Assembly (NCBI GenBank): GCA_904063045.1
Contig: CAJFCJ010000002.1
Coordinates: 930,001-994,000 of the forward strand
DNA from: Dimorphilus gyrociliatus
Taxonomy: Eukaryota; Animalia; Annelida
Direction of reading: 5' to 3'
DNA: 64,000 nucleotides
A model generated the notes under the pieces. The model had not been told where the DNA came from. It saw nothing but the letters and a program-made list of their open reading frames with translations, and did no database searches. Made by a program: the position numbers and the translations under genes. The stretch's first letter is position 1. Each line of letters starts with the position of its first letter. This document shows, one piece after another, positions 25,359-41,955 of the stretch.

Positions 25359-26795
25359 TCACACGTCGTCTAAGTTTTCAACAGCTTCTCTTAATAAGTT
25401 CTCTTTAAGAGTAGCAGTACTTTTATGAGCTGACGCCTTTGATTTTTTTAAATCTGATCGAACACTTAATTCTCTTGATAAACCTTCGGGTGTTGAGTTG
25501 CCCCCATCATTATCAGAAAAAAGGTCCCACAGCCCTTCTAGAACTTCGGCTGCTACAACACTACCAGTGTTTTTCGAAATCAATCTTACAACAAGCAAAC
25601 CATCTCGTCTTAAATACGAGTCAGAAAATCTCCGCACATGAGACTTTTGTGTAGACGTAGAACTACCTACAGGGTATAACTGCTTGAAAACGTATTCAGA
25701 TTGCGTAGGCCAATAAAGTAGTAAAATTGACCAATATATAAAATTAATAACAGTTATGATAGCGATAAAAACAAACCAGGCCCATAGAAAAAGAAATAGT
25801 TTTTCGTTGAATAAGTTAATAGGCAGAACGCATTGAACAACATGTCTGTGCAATTGACCCCCTTTTTTCCTGATATCAAAATAACAAGCTGCAACTCTTG
25901 GAAATAATTCTGAATGATCAAAATATACGGGATCAGTTTCTCGAGATGTTATAATCATATTCACAAGTAATTTAAACCCGTGATAGTGAAAAGGAGCTTG
26001 TAAAAAGAAGTCTAACAAAAATATTTGCCCAATTGCATTTAAAATGTATAAAATCTTGACAAGTAAATAGGAGCCAGCTAAATAATTGCCCGCACTTCTG
26101 GCGGATGTTGTGCAGCAGAACACAGCTGAAGTATGAAGAGAGCAACATCTTGAACGAGTCTTAAAGCTAGCTTTTGTTCTCCAAACTCCCAAATATCGTT
26201 CTATCTGTCCAACCATATATCTTACAGTTTTCTCCCTGTGTTTTCGAAAATGGTTGGTATGGAAAAATATTTCTAAACGATCATTAGTGATGACCTTTAG
26301 TAAAATACACACTAAATATTTTAAATGAAATGACAATGTTTACCTTATATCTGCGTAAGAAGTCCTCTGTCCGGCAATAGCAGCATCTAGAATCGCTGCC
26401 ACGTTAATCCCTGATCTTTTATATAAAATTCTCCAAATACCGTTGGGCAGAGACATGAGAACAGCTTGAAAGAGCAGTATCAAAGGCACCCACTGGTAGT
26501 AGGACACTCGATTTTTAGAATTTGGATACTGAGGAAGAGCTGTTTCAGATGGATCTAGTCTGTAAGTACTTGATACCCAACAAATACTGTCAGCATATCT
26601 TTTGTGAACGTCTGTAAATTCAGCAGGCGACCAACAATGAATTGGATCACCCACGTATTGTTTTCCAATTACTAATAGAGCGAATACTACTAATAAAAAC
26701 AAAGAATGCCGCCTGGAGAGTCTGTCTACATAGTCGTCGTCTACTGTTAGCTTAGCATCTCTAAAATTAAAAATAAATCTCAATATTCTCTCCAT
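25359..26795 (-). CDS. inx: Innexin (gap-junction protein), two coding exons 26795-26344 and 26235-25359
   Basis: DDDYVDRLSR, GDPIHCWSPAEFT...YADSICW, YYQWVP, FPRVAAC, QCVLPINLFNEKLFLFLWAWF; extracellular Cys pairs present. Confidence 0.95.
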
Positions 26796-27866
26796 GTTGA
26801 ATCATATTATCCTAAAAATTTGTAAAATATTCCCAGTTAAACACATGTTTCCAAATGACTGCTGCTGAATGCTTTGCTGGAAATATTGCGGCTTGAATGC
26901 AATAGCACGTGTATGCCGTATTGACTTTTGAAGTGCTTGATGTATCTATAATTAAAAGCTATTAAATTTCAATTGATTAATGTAATATTTCAACTTCTCC
27001 TGAGCATCATCTTCATGGTGAATAAGTAGAATCTTTCTTCTGAACTAAAGGCAATAAGTAGTAAATTTCTTTATATAACAAGTAAACCTAGAAATTCTAT
27101 TCTATATACCGAAATTATAAAAAATTTGGACTGTTTTTCAAATTAAAAATTAAACTTATAATCAATGGATAAAAGCTCTTAAAAAAGAAATTAAAGGTGT
27201 TAATTTATACAAAAAAACTCATACGCATTCTATATCCCCCTATTCTGTTATCAGAATAGAAATAGAAATTCTTTATTAAAGTTTACAGGCAAAAATTTAT
27301 TTTGGATTTATCAAAAAGGATCTTTTATAACATAACTAAAGAATTTGCGTTTAACTTGAAAATGGATGGTTGTAATCAATTTAGAATAAGAACTATAATC
27401 AGGTGTTACAATTTAAAAGTGCTTAAATTTTCCATCTACAATTGATAATTATTCATAAATTTTACTATTTTCTATATTTTCAGTTAATTTACAAACACTA
27501 TACATTGTACTTTAATAAAATAAATAAAAGAGAGGTAGGGTAAAAGTAAATATTTTATTTAAACGACTTCAACTTCTTCAAATTGAATTGGATCAAGCTT
27601 TATTTAACAGAAGATTATAACTTCACTATGAAATAAATTTAAAACTTCAAACTGATCAGTTTCAATTAACCCAGATTTTATTAAATGTATCGAATTAAAT
27701 TTTGAACTTTAAACATGTAGCACCAAATTTTACAGTGTATTTTTTCATTAAGTATAATTTTTTAATGAAAAAGACTACTGTCAGAAATTAAGCATTCTAG
27801 AGTCTAGGAAAGCAGACAGAGCGGAAATCTTATTTGAAAATCCATTTAGATAATATATTGCAGAAA

Positions 27867-28690
27867 CTAATATTCCGAACTTTTCCAATTTTCTCTGGCT
27901 TTTAGAACAACCAGCCTTATTAAGAATAATCCAGCTATATAAGCAAATATACAACTGGCAACTTCGAAGCCCCAAGAATAACCTAGGTGACCCTCCACCC
28001 AAAAATTTTTACATTGAAGTTTTCTGGCATTATCACCAAATATCATACAAACAACCATAATCAGCATACCTAATGAATTCAAAATTGAGTGAAAATAAGT
28101 ATTATAAATTTAATAAATTATTTAAACTTTTCCTTCAGCATACCTGTAACAATGAAAACGATAGGTCCAGCATAAGACAGACATTTTTCTCCTTTTCCGA
28201 CATCATCGCTGCAACAGGCAGTTCTGCAGCACCAAATAAGAGCCAAAAGGATAAAAATGATAGTACCAACTATCAAAAGAATGAGACTAATAACTGCTAG
28301 GACTCTAGCACTAAACAGCCAACCTATAAATCACAAAAAAGCTTATAATTGTTGATTCATCGATATGGATAGGGTGAATACAAAAAAAACTTTTCTAATT
28401 TTACCTGGAAGAAGCCATTCTTTCATGGAAGAGTAATATTGAGATTCCAAATTATGACAACCATTGTATAACTTATAAGGTACATCATATTTATGATAAT
28501 AGTTATCAAAGCATGCCTTAAAAAGGCCCAAATTTAAGAAGTTGTTTTGATCTTCATCATCTGAAGTTAACCAATAGTCCGTCGCTAAGGCTATCACATG
28601 ACAGATTATAGACAGAGCAATTAAGAGAGCGGATAATCCAAAGAGAACTGCAGAAGACAAGCAGGAACAAATTCCCCCGCTATTCGCCAT
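27867..28690 (-). CDS. Claudin/PMP22-EMP-MP20 superfamily tetraspan protein (invertebrate septate-junction claudin-like)
   Basis: Exons 28690-28405, 28323-28144, 28069-27867. TM1 then ATDYW...LGLFKAC...C (variant W-GLW-C-C signature), KEWLLPGW, and GYSWGF before TM4. Confidence 0.8.
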
Positions 28691-30507
28691 GTTTTATTTG
28701 AATCTAACTCATAGAGTTAGGTAGACCTTAAGCTATTTTTAGTTTTAGGCAGTCTCGGGTGGCGGCGTTTTGCTTTGTTGGTTCACGCATGCGTATAAAA
28801 GGCTAAAATAATCTTTCTTTTTAGAGTTTATCCTCATTACAATTCCAAATTTCTTTAAAGCCGATTCACCATTCTGGAACTTTTTGTTTAGTTTTAGAAG
28901 AAACCATGAGGCTTTTATTAATTTTTGTTACAGAACAAAAGTTTCTGTATATTCCTTTGGTTAAAGTGAAATACTCTACATTCCTCACTAATGCTAAAAA
29001 GCATTGGTAGCCTATGCCGACAATCTTAGAGAACTAGTCTATTTATTTCCGGAGATACTGTTTGAATTATTACTCCACTTCGGGAGAATTTATAATGAGA
29101 CCTAAGCAGAATTATTTACGTTTTTTGTGATTAAATGTTATATTAGCATATTCGAGTTTTTAATTGAAATTAAGTATTTTATTGATAAATGAATTATTTA
29201 ATCGAACTTATATATATCATATGAAAAGTAAGTAAAAACTAGTCTATTATTATTATCACTGAAAACCGAATTTGTAATTGTTTTTAGCAAATGTTAAAAA
29301 ATTGTAATGCATTAATATTTTCTCAATTATTCTCTCTAAACTAGGTGTAATAGAAGCGTGAGACCCGAATGATTTTTATAAATGATTTAAAGTATTAAAT
29401 AATTCTACTCAGTGATTATCCATGACCTAGGTTTTATCAATGAGTATAATATTGTATGAGTACCTAGATTTTTAGTTTAATTAGAGCACTAAAAAGATAT
29501 AACAACTTTGTATTCATATTTTTTATAGAAATAACTGTCATAAAAAATATGCATATCTATTATTTGATTGGTCTTTACTGCGAATGTCAGATGGATATTA
29601 CATATAATTAGACTAGACCATGAACCCAAAAGCATATTTATCTTTTTGATTGTTGACTTTAAGTCGCCTATAATTTTAAACATTGGCCTCTAAATCTCAA
29701 ATTTACAAAGACGTTTCTGTAGTAGTGAATCACTACTAATATGCTAATATAGATCGGAATAGGTTAAGTTGAGTTCATTGTAGATGTTACACATCTTTTA
29801 AAAGACGCATGTAATTTAAGCGATCTATTAATACCAATTTTTTTCTGATATATACAGCACTTACAAGTTTTTTTTTGTTGAAGCACAAGATCGATAAAGG
29901 ACGCACAGCCTGTTTAAATTGTTGCTTTACTATTAAAGGCCTATTCATAACAGGGTAGATCGACCACACCTCCTCACTAACAAATAATTTATGCAAAAAG
30001 CAAAAAATAACAGAACAATTTATTTTAGAAAAGTCAAATAGAAGAAAGATATTTTCATGAAAAAATTCTATTATTTTTTTTTTTAAAAAAAATTTGTTTC
30101 ATGCCATCAGAAAACAAAATAAACTATCAGTACTACTACGAAGAGGCTAAAGTTTGATTTCCTTTCCATAAACTTCTGACTACTATATACTATTGATACT
30201 AATGACTAATTTCCATGCTTTTGTATCGACTTTAATAATCGAATGTTCTCCCTATAGTTAATCATCGAAATCACTGGAAAAATGTTATAACACTTGTATT
30301 TGAATAAATTTACATAATCATGGGCGATATTATAGTTTGTTGACCTTCACTACCTAACAGGAATTGCTGATTGGATGAAAGAAATGGAATGTTCGAGAAT
30401 GACACGTGTTACCCACAGTGACTATTAAAGCCTGAGGTTTTGTTAGACGAAATACCTACAAAAATCTTCTCCTTTATAGTCCAGCTGATTACTTGCGACA
30501 CCGAAAC

Positions 30508-32619
30508 ATGAAACTGAAAGTCAATTCACCAAACGTTCGATACACGGATGAGCATATTGAAGCCGATTATGTTTACAGAACAACTAGTATTGATCATATG
30601 GATGATCTTGTGGTTGCTACCCCGAAACAAACAAACTATCAGTTTAGGACAAAGACTGCAGTCCCAAAGCTAGGTGTCATGCTAGTAGGATGGGGTGGTA
30701 ACAATGGTTCTACTGTAACGGCCGCTGTTCTTGCTAATAAGCACAAGATGTCTTATATGACTAGAAACGGAGAGATCAAAGCAAACTACTTTGGCTCCAT
30801 TACCCAAGCCTCGACTGTCAGCATGGGATTTGATTGTGATGGGTAGGTAAATCCTAAAAAATTATAGGACATTTCCCTTATAGGACAATTGAATGCATTA
30901 GCCAACTTGTTCTCCTTGGGCTTTTATGTATACAAAAGGCATATACTGAAAAGAGTTAAATGGTTAACAATAGAATATAGCACTTCAAAAAATTATTATC
31001 TTATCTTCTACTGCTACAAGTTGACATTGCTATCACTTTTTATGCTTTAATATTTCTTACGTAACTTATCTCAAGAATATTGCGCTTTATTATAACTAGA
31101 ATTCAGAATTTATACTGTCAACTTTGAACTAAACTTTTCATATTCAAAGTCCTAAACTTGAACATTTTATTTCAGAAACGAAGTTTACATACCAATGAAA
31201 GACTTACTTCCTATGGTTAATCCAGACGATATCGTGTTTGATGGATGGGATATATCATCTGCTAACTTGGCTGAGGCTATGAAGAGAGCCCAAGTGCTTG
31301 ATATTGAGTTACAAAATCAGCTAAGTCCTTACATGGAAAAGATGAAACCACGACCAAGCATCTATTATCCTGATTTCATTGCTGCTAATCAGTCAGATAG
31401 AGCAGATAATGTCATTAATGGAACAAAAAGAGACCACGTAAATAAGATACGTGAAGATATTAGAGAGTTCAAGGCTGAATCTGGAGTTGATAAAGTCATC
31501 GTTTTATGGACAGCCAATACTGAGCGTTTTTCTGAAATAAAGCCAGGTCTGAACGATACTGCAGAAAACCTTTTGCAAGCTATAGAAAACGACGAAGCAG
31601 AAATTTCCCCATCAACTATTTTTGCTGTAGCTTGCAGCCTTGAAGGCGTTACTTACATCAACGGCTCCCCCCAGAACACATTTGTACCCGGTGCAATAGA
31701 ACTTGCCGAACAGAAAAAAGTATTTATTTCTGGAGATGACTTCAAATCTGGTCAAACAAAGTTAAAGAGTGTGTTGGTTGACTTCCTAGTTTCCGCTGGA
31801 ATTAAACCTACATCTATTGTGTCCTATAATCATTTGGGAAATAACGACGGAAAAAATTTATCCGCCCCACAAACTTTCAGGTATAATTTTATAATACAAA
31901 CTGTTTTCAGAGTGCATGCATCTTTTCAAATATGCAATCTTTATTGGGTCATTTTAAAATTTTCCTTATTGATGCAGATCAAAAGAAATATCAAAATCGA
32001 ATGTAGTTGACGATATGGTAGAATCATCAAGAGGAGTGTTGTATGATTCTGAAGAAAAGCCAGACCACTGTGTGGTTATTAAATACATCCCAAATGTTGG
32101 AGATTCGAAAAGGGCTATGGATGAGTACACTTCTGAGTTGATGATGGGGGCGAAGAATACACTAGTTATTCACAATACTTGTGAAGATTCAATGTTGGCT
32201 TCTCCATTAATCTTAGATCTCGTTATTATTGCTGAAATCTGTGAGAGAATAACATTTAAAGTAGGAGATGAAGATTTTCAAAGATTCAATCCTGTATTGT
32301 CAATCCTCAGCTATTTATGCAAAGCACCTCTAGTTCCAAAAGGGACCCCCTTAGTTAATGCTTTATTCAAGCAGCGACAGTGTATAGATAATATCTTCAG
32401 GTAATTATTATTTGATTAAAATTAAATTTTGAACTGAAATCTATTTCATTTTTCAGAGCATGCATTGGATTAGATCCAATCAATCATATGCTCCTCGAGT
32501 ATAAACATGAGACAATTCCAGAAAGGCATATTCGTCCAGCAAATGAAAAAGTTGGTCATATCTTATCAAGGGATAACTCAAGCAGCAGAATCATTGGACA
32601 TGGATTAATTAACGGTTAA
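30508..32619 (+). CDS. ISYNA1: Inositol-3-phosphate synthase (myo-inositol-1-phosphate synthase)
   Basis: Exons 30508-30842, 31176-31880, 31978-32400, about 32457-32619. [67 protein letters not shown]. Confidence 0.97.
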
Positions 32620-35442
32620 GGAAGAGTAATGAAATCATCAAAATAGGAATTTTTTTTCTGCAAATTGTAAATGTTTTTTCCTAAGTTTTTCTTTATGAAA
32701 TTTGCTTAGAGTAGCAACAAGGCGTAAAGTACAAATACAGCTCTCCACTTAAATGTTTTTATTTATCTTTTTAACATCTAATTTTCTATACTTTGATTTA
32801 GTTTCAAGGAGATTCCAAAGATTTATGTTTTAAAGATCTACTTAAAATGAGAACTCTGTGAAACAAAAAATTTTTGATGAAATTTTGTAATAAAAGTATC
32901 TATTAAAAACATGTATATCCTTTAGTTTTTTTTCATTTGAATATTCAAGTTGCTGTTGTAGATATAAGTCTTAGAATAGAAATGCAAGTTCGACAAGAAT
33001 TTAAGCTGTCATTGGTTTTTTTCCCCAATAGACAGTGATGACCCCTATCGTTTATCTTAAAACTAAATATACCAGAGCGGAAATTTACAACTATGTTGTT
33101 ATAAAAACATTTATTGCAACGGATCATATGTTAATTACATCCTCATCTTCGCTTAAAAATTCAATGTGTTTGCTTAAAATTTTGAACAGATGATATTGAA
33201 AACCGAAGGTCAAGAAACCAAAAACATGTCCATAAAGTTTACTCTTCAAACTGTTTAATGATATCTCTGAAGTACTGTTTTTTTATAGTCATATATCATT
33301 ATTAAAATAAATATTATAAAAGTCAGCTTAATAATTAATACGGACTTGCTCCAATAGCTTTAATCTATTTTTCTAATTATAGAAGTCAGTTACGTAAAAT
33401 TAATTTTTTGGAAAATAATTCAATTACGTATAAATCACAAAAAGAAAAAGATTAATTGGCAATAAAACAAGGCTAAGATAAGATGAAAATTTTTTGAAAT
33501 GGAATATTTTTGTTATAAAGTAAACTTTAAATTGAATCAAACGATCTAATATTTATCGTTCTTAAGTGAGGATGTTAAATTAACGAACTGAATGTGATTA
33601 CATCTAAAATAATACTAGCGCAGACACATTAATTCAGCAATAGAGAATTTCTATTGAAAAAATTGTATTTCTATTTATAATCGTACATTACTTAAATTTG
33701 GAATAGTTTTTATTACCTTCTTATCGTCAAAATACCAAGGGCTAGATAAACTCTTTGAGTTTCACAAAGCACTTACCGTTTGTAACGTTCAATTAATCAT
33801 TGCTTATTCTACTTAAAACAAATTTTAATTAATACCTTCTGTATAGAGATTGTAACAATAAATTTCAATAATAATGTACACGCGCAATTTAATTATTTTA
33901 TTACATAATCAATAATATTCAAATAGGATTTGCTGTTATATGTTAGGCAGATTGGAGAATAAAAAGAAATATTTTGGACGTTAAACTGTAATAGATTTAG
34001 TATGTAATTCGTGTTAGTCAAATAAAGGGTCATAATATGGTTGAAATTGTAATATTTTATGCTCTTGCTCAGTTAACCTTCAGTTATTGATCAGCCCTAA
34101 TCAAAAGGCAATCCAACAGCATAATTTGTTATTAGTCAGCTGTATAATAGCCTTTGAAAAAAAGTTTGAATCTTTTGTTTTAAAATACCCATACTCAAGG
34201 GAGCCTCTTAGTGACTATGGAAGATCGTTATATCCCTTATCAATCTCTAGTCTTTGATCTTTTATTTGCTAGTTATCCATTCAGTTGTTGAATATTTTAA
34301 ATTGCATTAATTGAAAGAGTACCTGTAAATGTATTTTTTTTTGATTTTTTTGTATTTTTTTAAGAGAAATCGATAGATGGCACTTAAAGTCTATTTCAAT
34401 TTATTAGTGGCTTTTTTTCGTTACCCTCGGGATATAGTTATCTGGAGCAACAGGCTATACACAATTTTGTCATGCGTATAACTGATGAAGAAGAAAGTTT
34501 GAGTAAATGGGGGCTATTTACAAAGGTTATCCTCTTTCGTTACGATTCACTTCTCATAGACTGAATCGACCTTTCATGATATTTTTTAAAAAAAATTTGA
34601 TGTAATTATCTAAAGATTTTATTGGATATTAAATTTGGGTTGTTGAAAACTGTCATATTGTCTCTTTTCGGAATTGAAGCCTGAAGGGTCGTTTTCAGAG
34701 GTATAGCTCACTGGTCTTTAATTTGATTCTGACCTATTTTCTTATCTCTTTAAGTGAAGCCAATCGTGACAAATAACAAACAAAGTTTCTTTAAAGGCTT
34801 ATAAGTTTGACCAGCTATAAAGTTTCACCTGAAAATTAACATAGCTAAGTATTGCTATGTAGTTTTAATATAGCATTCACATATTTATCGATAGAATAAT
34901 CAAGAATGTCATAAATCAGCAACACCTTGTCTTAATGGGTGAGCGTATGTCGTTATTATCGACCTTTAAGCGCTACACGGTCATTTTTCTATTACGGCAA
35001 TTAGCGGTTGTAATGAAATACTCGATCGATATAGGCTATACGTTTCCTACTTAACATTGAGAATCCATCGATAACCTACTATATATAAGTAATTAATTTA
35101 ATGTTCTATATAACTGTCAATATATTTAATAATAACCGTCATGTTGTGAAATTTACTTGATCAAGGGTTGCCTTTTATTAATTTACTCTCCTTGTATAAA
35201 GCGGGAGTGTGGTGGCTGTTTACGATCATTAATTTCTGATAAGTGTGTTGTTTGCCTCGTTTAGTGGCGAACGCTCCCTGCGGCGATGTAATATGAGAAG
35301 GCATCTTATACTGTGTTTCAAAGCGTAGAAATTTTCGTTCTTAACCACTGATTTATCAATCCTAATTACTTTTTGGTTTATTTTTAAAATTTCTCTTTTA
35401 TGTATTAATATATACATTGCAAAAACAAAATAAAAAGTAACG

Positions 35443-36626
35443 CTAATCTGACTCGCACATATCGTTGTCCACAGTTTTAGCATCACAAAGTATGTCTTCT
35501 TTCGTGCGTTTGTATTTCGTTCGCCGATTTTGAAACCAAACTTTAACCTAAAGTAAATCGTTCCATTACTTTTAACCTATTACCTAGTTAGCCGAAAATA
35601 TCATACATTTCTTTTTTATAATTGTACCTGAGTTTCGGTTAAACATAGATTGGACGCCAGCTGCTTTCTTTCTTGTCCCACGACATAGTGGTTTTTTTCG
35701 AAGGCATGTTCCAATTGCAGTAGTTGAGACGGACTAAATGCTGTTCGTATTCTTTTCGGTTTTCGGTAAGGTTGCAAAAAATTCAAATCTTGCACTGCTG
35801 AAATAGTTCATCAAACTTTAAATAAAAAAATGATTTAATAAACATTGATCATAATTGTTGTAAAATGATGCCGTGGCGACTAAGCGATTGTTTGACAAAG
35901 TTTAGCAGAGTGTTTGTCAAAGCTCTACAAAACACTCACGCTTCTGGCAAAAATCTTTCGACCGCTTTATTATTATGTGTCAATTTAAATTACCAGTATG
36001 TTTACACTTTTAATAGTTGTTAGAGGCCGTTTAAAAAAATTCCATGATCAAATTAAAAGCAAACTTAAGTTTTGAACTCCTACAAATAGGAAATAAACGA
36101 TTTAACACAGGCAGCTGAACAAACTAATGAAGTTTGTTGTTTGTGTAAGAAAAATCAAAGCAAAACAACTGCGTGAAATCTATTTCAATATTTTACCAAT
36201 ATATTGTAATTCCCAATATATGTAATAGATATGAATGTTTGTCAAACTCATTTACCTTCATAGAAAAAAAACATTTATATTTATTACTGAATAAATCTGA
36301 TTTTATAACATTCTATCAAAAGTTTTACCTAATTTTTGTTGAATATTACCAAGAGCAAACTGCGAGAGTGGGTAAGTTGTTGGAGGTATGAGCCATGAGC
36401 CAGAAAAAAGATTTCGGTCGCTTGATAATGTTCTCATTATTTCTATACTATTAACAGCCAGACTTCTTCTAAGATTCGCTGAATAGTATGATGGAAACAC
36501 TGGGGAGGCTGTTTGAGCTGAGGCAGACGAAACAGGCTCGTTTCTTTTTTCAACAGTTTCATTATCTTTTCCGATTATGGCGTCTATTGTAAAAGACTTT
36601 TGTTTTTGTAATACGTCCAGTTTCAT
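35443..36626 (-). CDS. Emx: Emx/empty spiracles homeobox transcription factor
   Basis: Exon 1 36626-36329 with eh1 motif SFTIDAIIG; exon 2 to 35628 [48 protein letters not shown]; exon 3 35547-35443 [14 protein letters not shown]...ESD*. Diagnostic Emx homeodomain. Confidence 0.96.
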
Positions 36627-37749
36627 ACTTAACAAACACTGTACTTTAAGAGCACTAAATTGCTTTTGAATTGAAGGCGGAAATTGCTTGATTGCGATTG
36701 GCTGTAAATTCTGATACCTTTTTGCATCATATAGTATACATGTAAAAGAATTTTAGTTCTCTTTCGCGCAAACTCGTAAAAGAAATCATTTTTAAGGAGC
36801 CAATCAGAATCAGTCACGCTGTTTGCTGCTTCTTTTAATTATTTGTATTACACTTTATCGTAAGTTACTGATGTCTTTCTCCGAGAGTTATGCTTTACGA
36901 ATTGAAAACTAACCGGTGCAAATATTTGAATTTCCTTAATCAAACTTTTCGTTTAAAAATACCTTACAATCTCCAATTTCGCAAATTTGCTGTACCCTTA
37001 CACAATTAATTGTTCCTGATGCATTTGTAGTGGAGACAGTTGGACAGGGAGACACAATGTAATAAAGACATTAACAACTACTTTTAATATGTAATTTCTT
37101 TATTTTAACTGAAGATATTAGTCATTCATCACTTTAAGGTTTGCTATATTTTTAGACTCACAAGTTATAATATAAATTAGATTTGAATAGAAAAATTCAT
37201 TAAAAAACACTTCAAATATTCTGTTGCAGGTCTAACTTTTGCAGCAGAATATTTTTTAAATAGACAAAGAATACCAACGTTCCTATTACCGATTCCGAAT
37301 AAGATGAAAATTTATTAGTTTAAAGTATAGTAATTGTAAATTCAATTTGTTATTCAAATTTTGATCTGAACCTCTTAACGATGTGCCAATTCTGAAAATG
37401 TACGACATGAAGAAAGATTTAAACCTGTCATATGGGTCTTGTTTTTAAATAGATTGACAAAAGTAGTAAATATATTTGAATGGGTAAATAATAAAAGAGG
37501 AAAATTATTTACAAGAACTATCGGAATGTACTTCGGCGGCTGAGAACTGCAATAGAAGGTAGGTTGCTAATTATCATTGGCAACTACGTGTTTATGACCA
37601 TGGATCTGTTGCTCAAACTACACAATCATTAGCACATCCTTACAGTTTATCTTGATTTCGTCTACGGCGAAAGGAGAAGAAATAAAAAAGTTCAAGTAAA
37701 AAATTCTTTAAATTATTCGAATACTGAATACGCCAGTTCGAAGGCGTCT

Positions 37750-38447
37750 TTAAGCAGCAGTTCCGCCTACCGAACCAGGATCGCATTGTAGCAGTCGAAC
37801 AATTGATGGGTCACTTTTAGCGCCTTCAATGAATTCTTCGAGGGAGAGTTTTCCGTCTTCATTCTTATCCATTTGACGGAATATTTTATCCGTTCTCTTT
37901 TCTGGAGTACTCTCATCTTCGGGCATTTTCATTACCGATCCGACCATTTTGTATATAGCCTGATAAAATAAACAATAAGTATTTTTTTACTTATTGCTAT
38001 TAGCTAACCGTTACGATTTCAAGCATTTCCTGCCGAGAAATATATCCATTACCGTCCAGATCATACATGTTAAAAGCCCATCGTAATTTTTCATCCAGCT
38101 TTCCTCTAGAAGTGATACTCAGAGCGCATATAAATTCACGGAAGTCTATTGTACCGTCTCCGTTAGTATCAAACGTTCGAAAGACATGTTCAGCAAATTT
38201 TGATGCATCCCCATATGGAAAAAAGTTCCCATAGATTTTTTTAAACTCGCTAACAGTTAATGTTCCACTGGGACAATCCTTTAAAAAGCCCTTATACCTG
38301 TTAAATATTTATATAGTAATATATGATTGTCAAGTTTAATAAGTAATGATACAACCATTCCTTTATTTCTTCATCTGAAAATTCCGTATGCCGTCTTAAA
38401 TCTTCCAAGTCTTCTGGCTTTAGCTTGCTACTATTTTTATTTCCCAT
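37750..38447 (-). CDS. NCALD: Neurocalcin/hippocalcin-like neuronal calcium sensor
   Basis: [12 protein letters not shown] (myristoylation Gly)...EW|[11 protein letters not shown]...[31 protein letters not shown]...[15 protein letters not shown]...|[43 protein letters not shown]; three coding exons. Confidence 0.95.
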
Positions 38448-39647
38448 AATAGTACAGGCAGAACACCTACAAAAAGAAATTTTACTAAAGCATTTAGATT
38501 AAAAGTCAACATGCAGCGACACCTGCTCTACGAACGCTGCTTGTTCTATTTTTTCGATTACTGAAATTTTAACATAAATCTGTGAATAACAGATGAGATG
38601 AATCATTATTAGAATTGTATCTTCTCTCTTTATTAATTTCATATGAAAATGCTCTGAGAAAACGATTCTTAAACAAATTAACTGATATAATTATATAATG
38701 AAAGGAAGGTATCAGCCATCCGAAAGAGAAACGATTCATTGACATAGTCTTCAGTAATCACTTCATCTTTTCCATATATAATTATTGATTTTATATTTAA
38801 ACAAAATTACCTCTTTAAAGAATGAACCACCCAATTTGACAAGCACTTCGAGCTAACGGCAACCGGAAATGCGGTCAACGACTGCGAGACTGCGATTTTC
38901 CTGTCATTTACTGCCACCTACAATCCCCTTCACTTTCTTATACTTTTTAAAAATTGCAACCTTTTTATCCACAGATGCTTATACTTTACTGATTTTTATA
39001 ATAATTCAAAGCAGATAAAAAATTTGCATTTTCTCAAGATAGAACAACCTAATATTTAAAATTTGATTAATACAAGAAAAGTTTCCAATCAAGATTCTTT
39101 TGAAAGAAACTTTTATGATTATAATAAACAAGGAAAATTTATTTAAAGTCATGAGTTTGCTAATAAAAGTTTACGCGATCATTTGCTTTCAGATTCAAAT
39201 TTGGCGCTAGTTATGCCATTATGCATGCCGAACGTCGGCCTCGTTTCAATTTGCCATTCCACTTATATTTTTTCTCCCCTCTTTCCAGTTATTTTACTTG
39301 CTTTTTTGTTTAAAATTGACCAAAATCGGGATTTTTAGCATGCAAAATACTAATAGACATTTTAGAAATATTTTGTAAAAAAAAATCGCCAATTAAATTT
39401 CTCTGAGAGAAGAAATCAATTAGTTGGGGAGAATACATAGGGCGAATGGTTGTTGAATGGAGTGAATGCTCACACCCAATCTGACAGGAATAATTTTTAT
39501 GGCAATGCCGTTTTACTGAATCGAATTGTTATTCGTATTGATTCCCCAAGAAATTAGTGACTGTGGAATATTATCTAAGGCTAGGACAACTGCAGTTGGC
39601 TGCAATAACCACGCAGTCCGCGCCATTCGTATCTTTTCATTGCTAAC

Positions 39648-41955
<2,308 letters not shown>

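Noticed and set aside
29720-29738. Perfect 9-bp inverted repeat TAGTAGTGA-A-TCACTACTA
   Set aside because: Isolated, with no partner TIR or target-site duplication, so no support for a transposon.
36850-37740. Exon-like GC-richer patches between Emx and neurocalcin
   Set aside because: No frame survives without stops or a consistent splice path; explained as 3' UTR and promoter.
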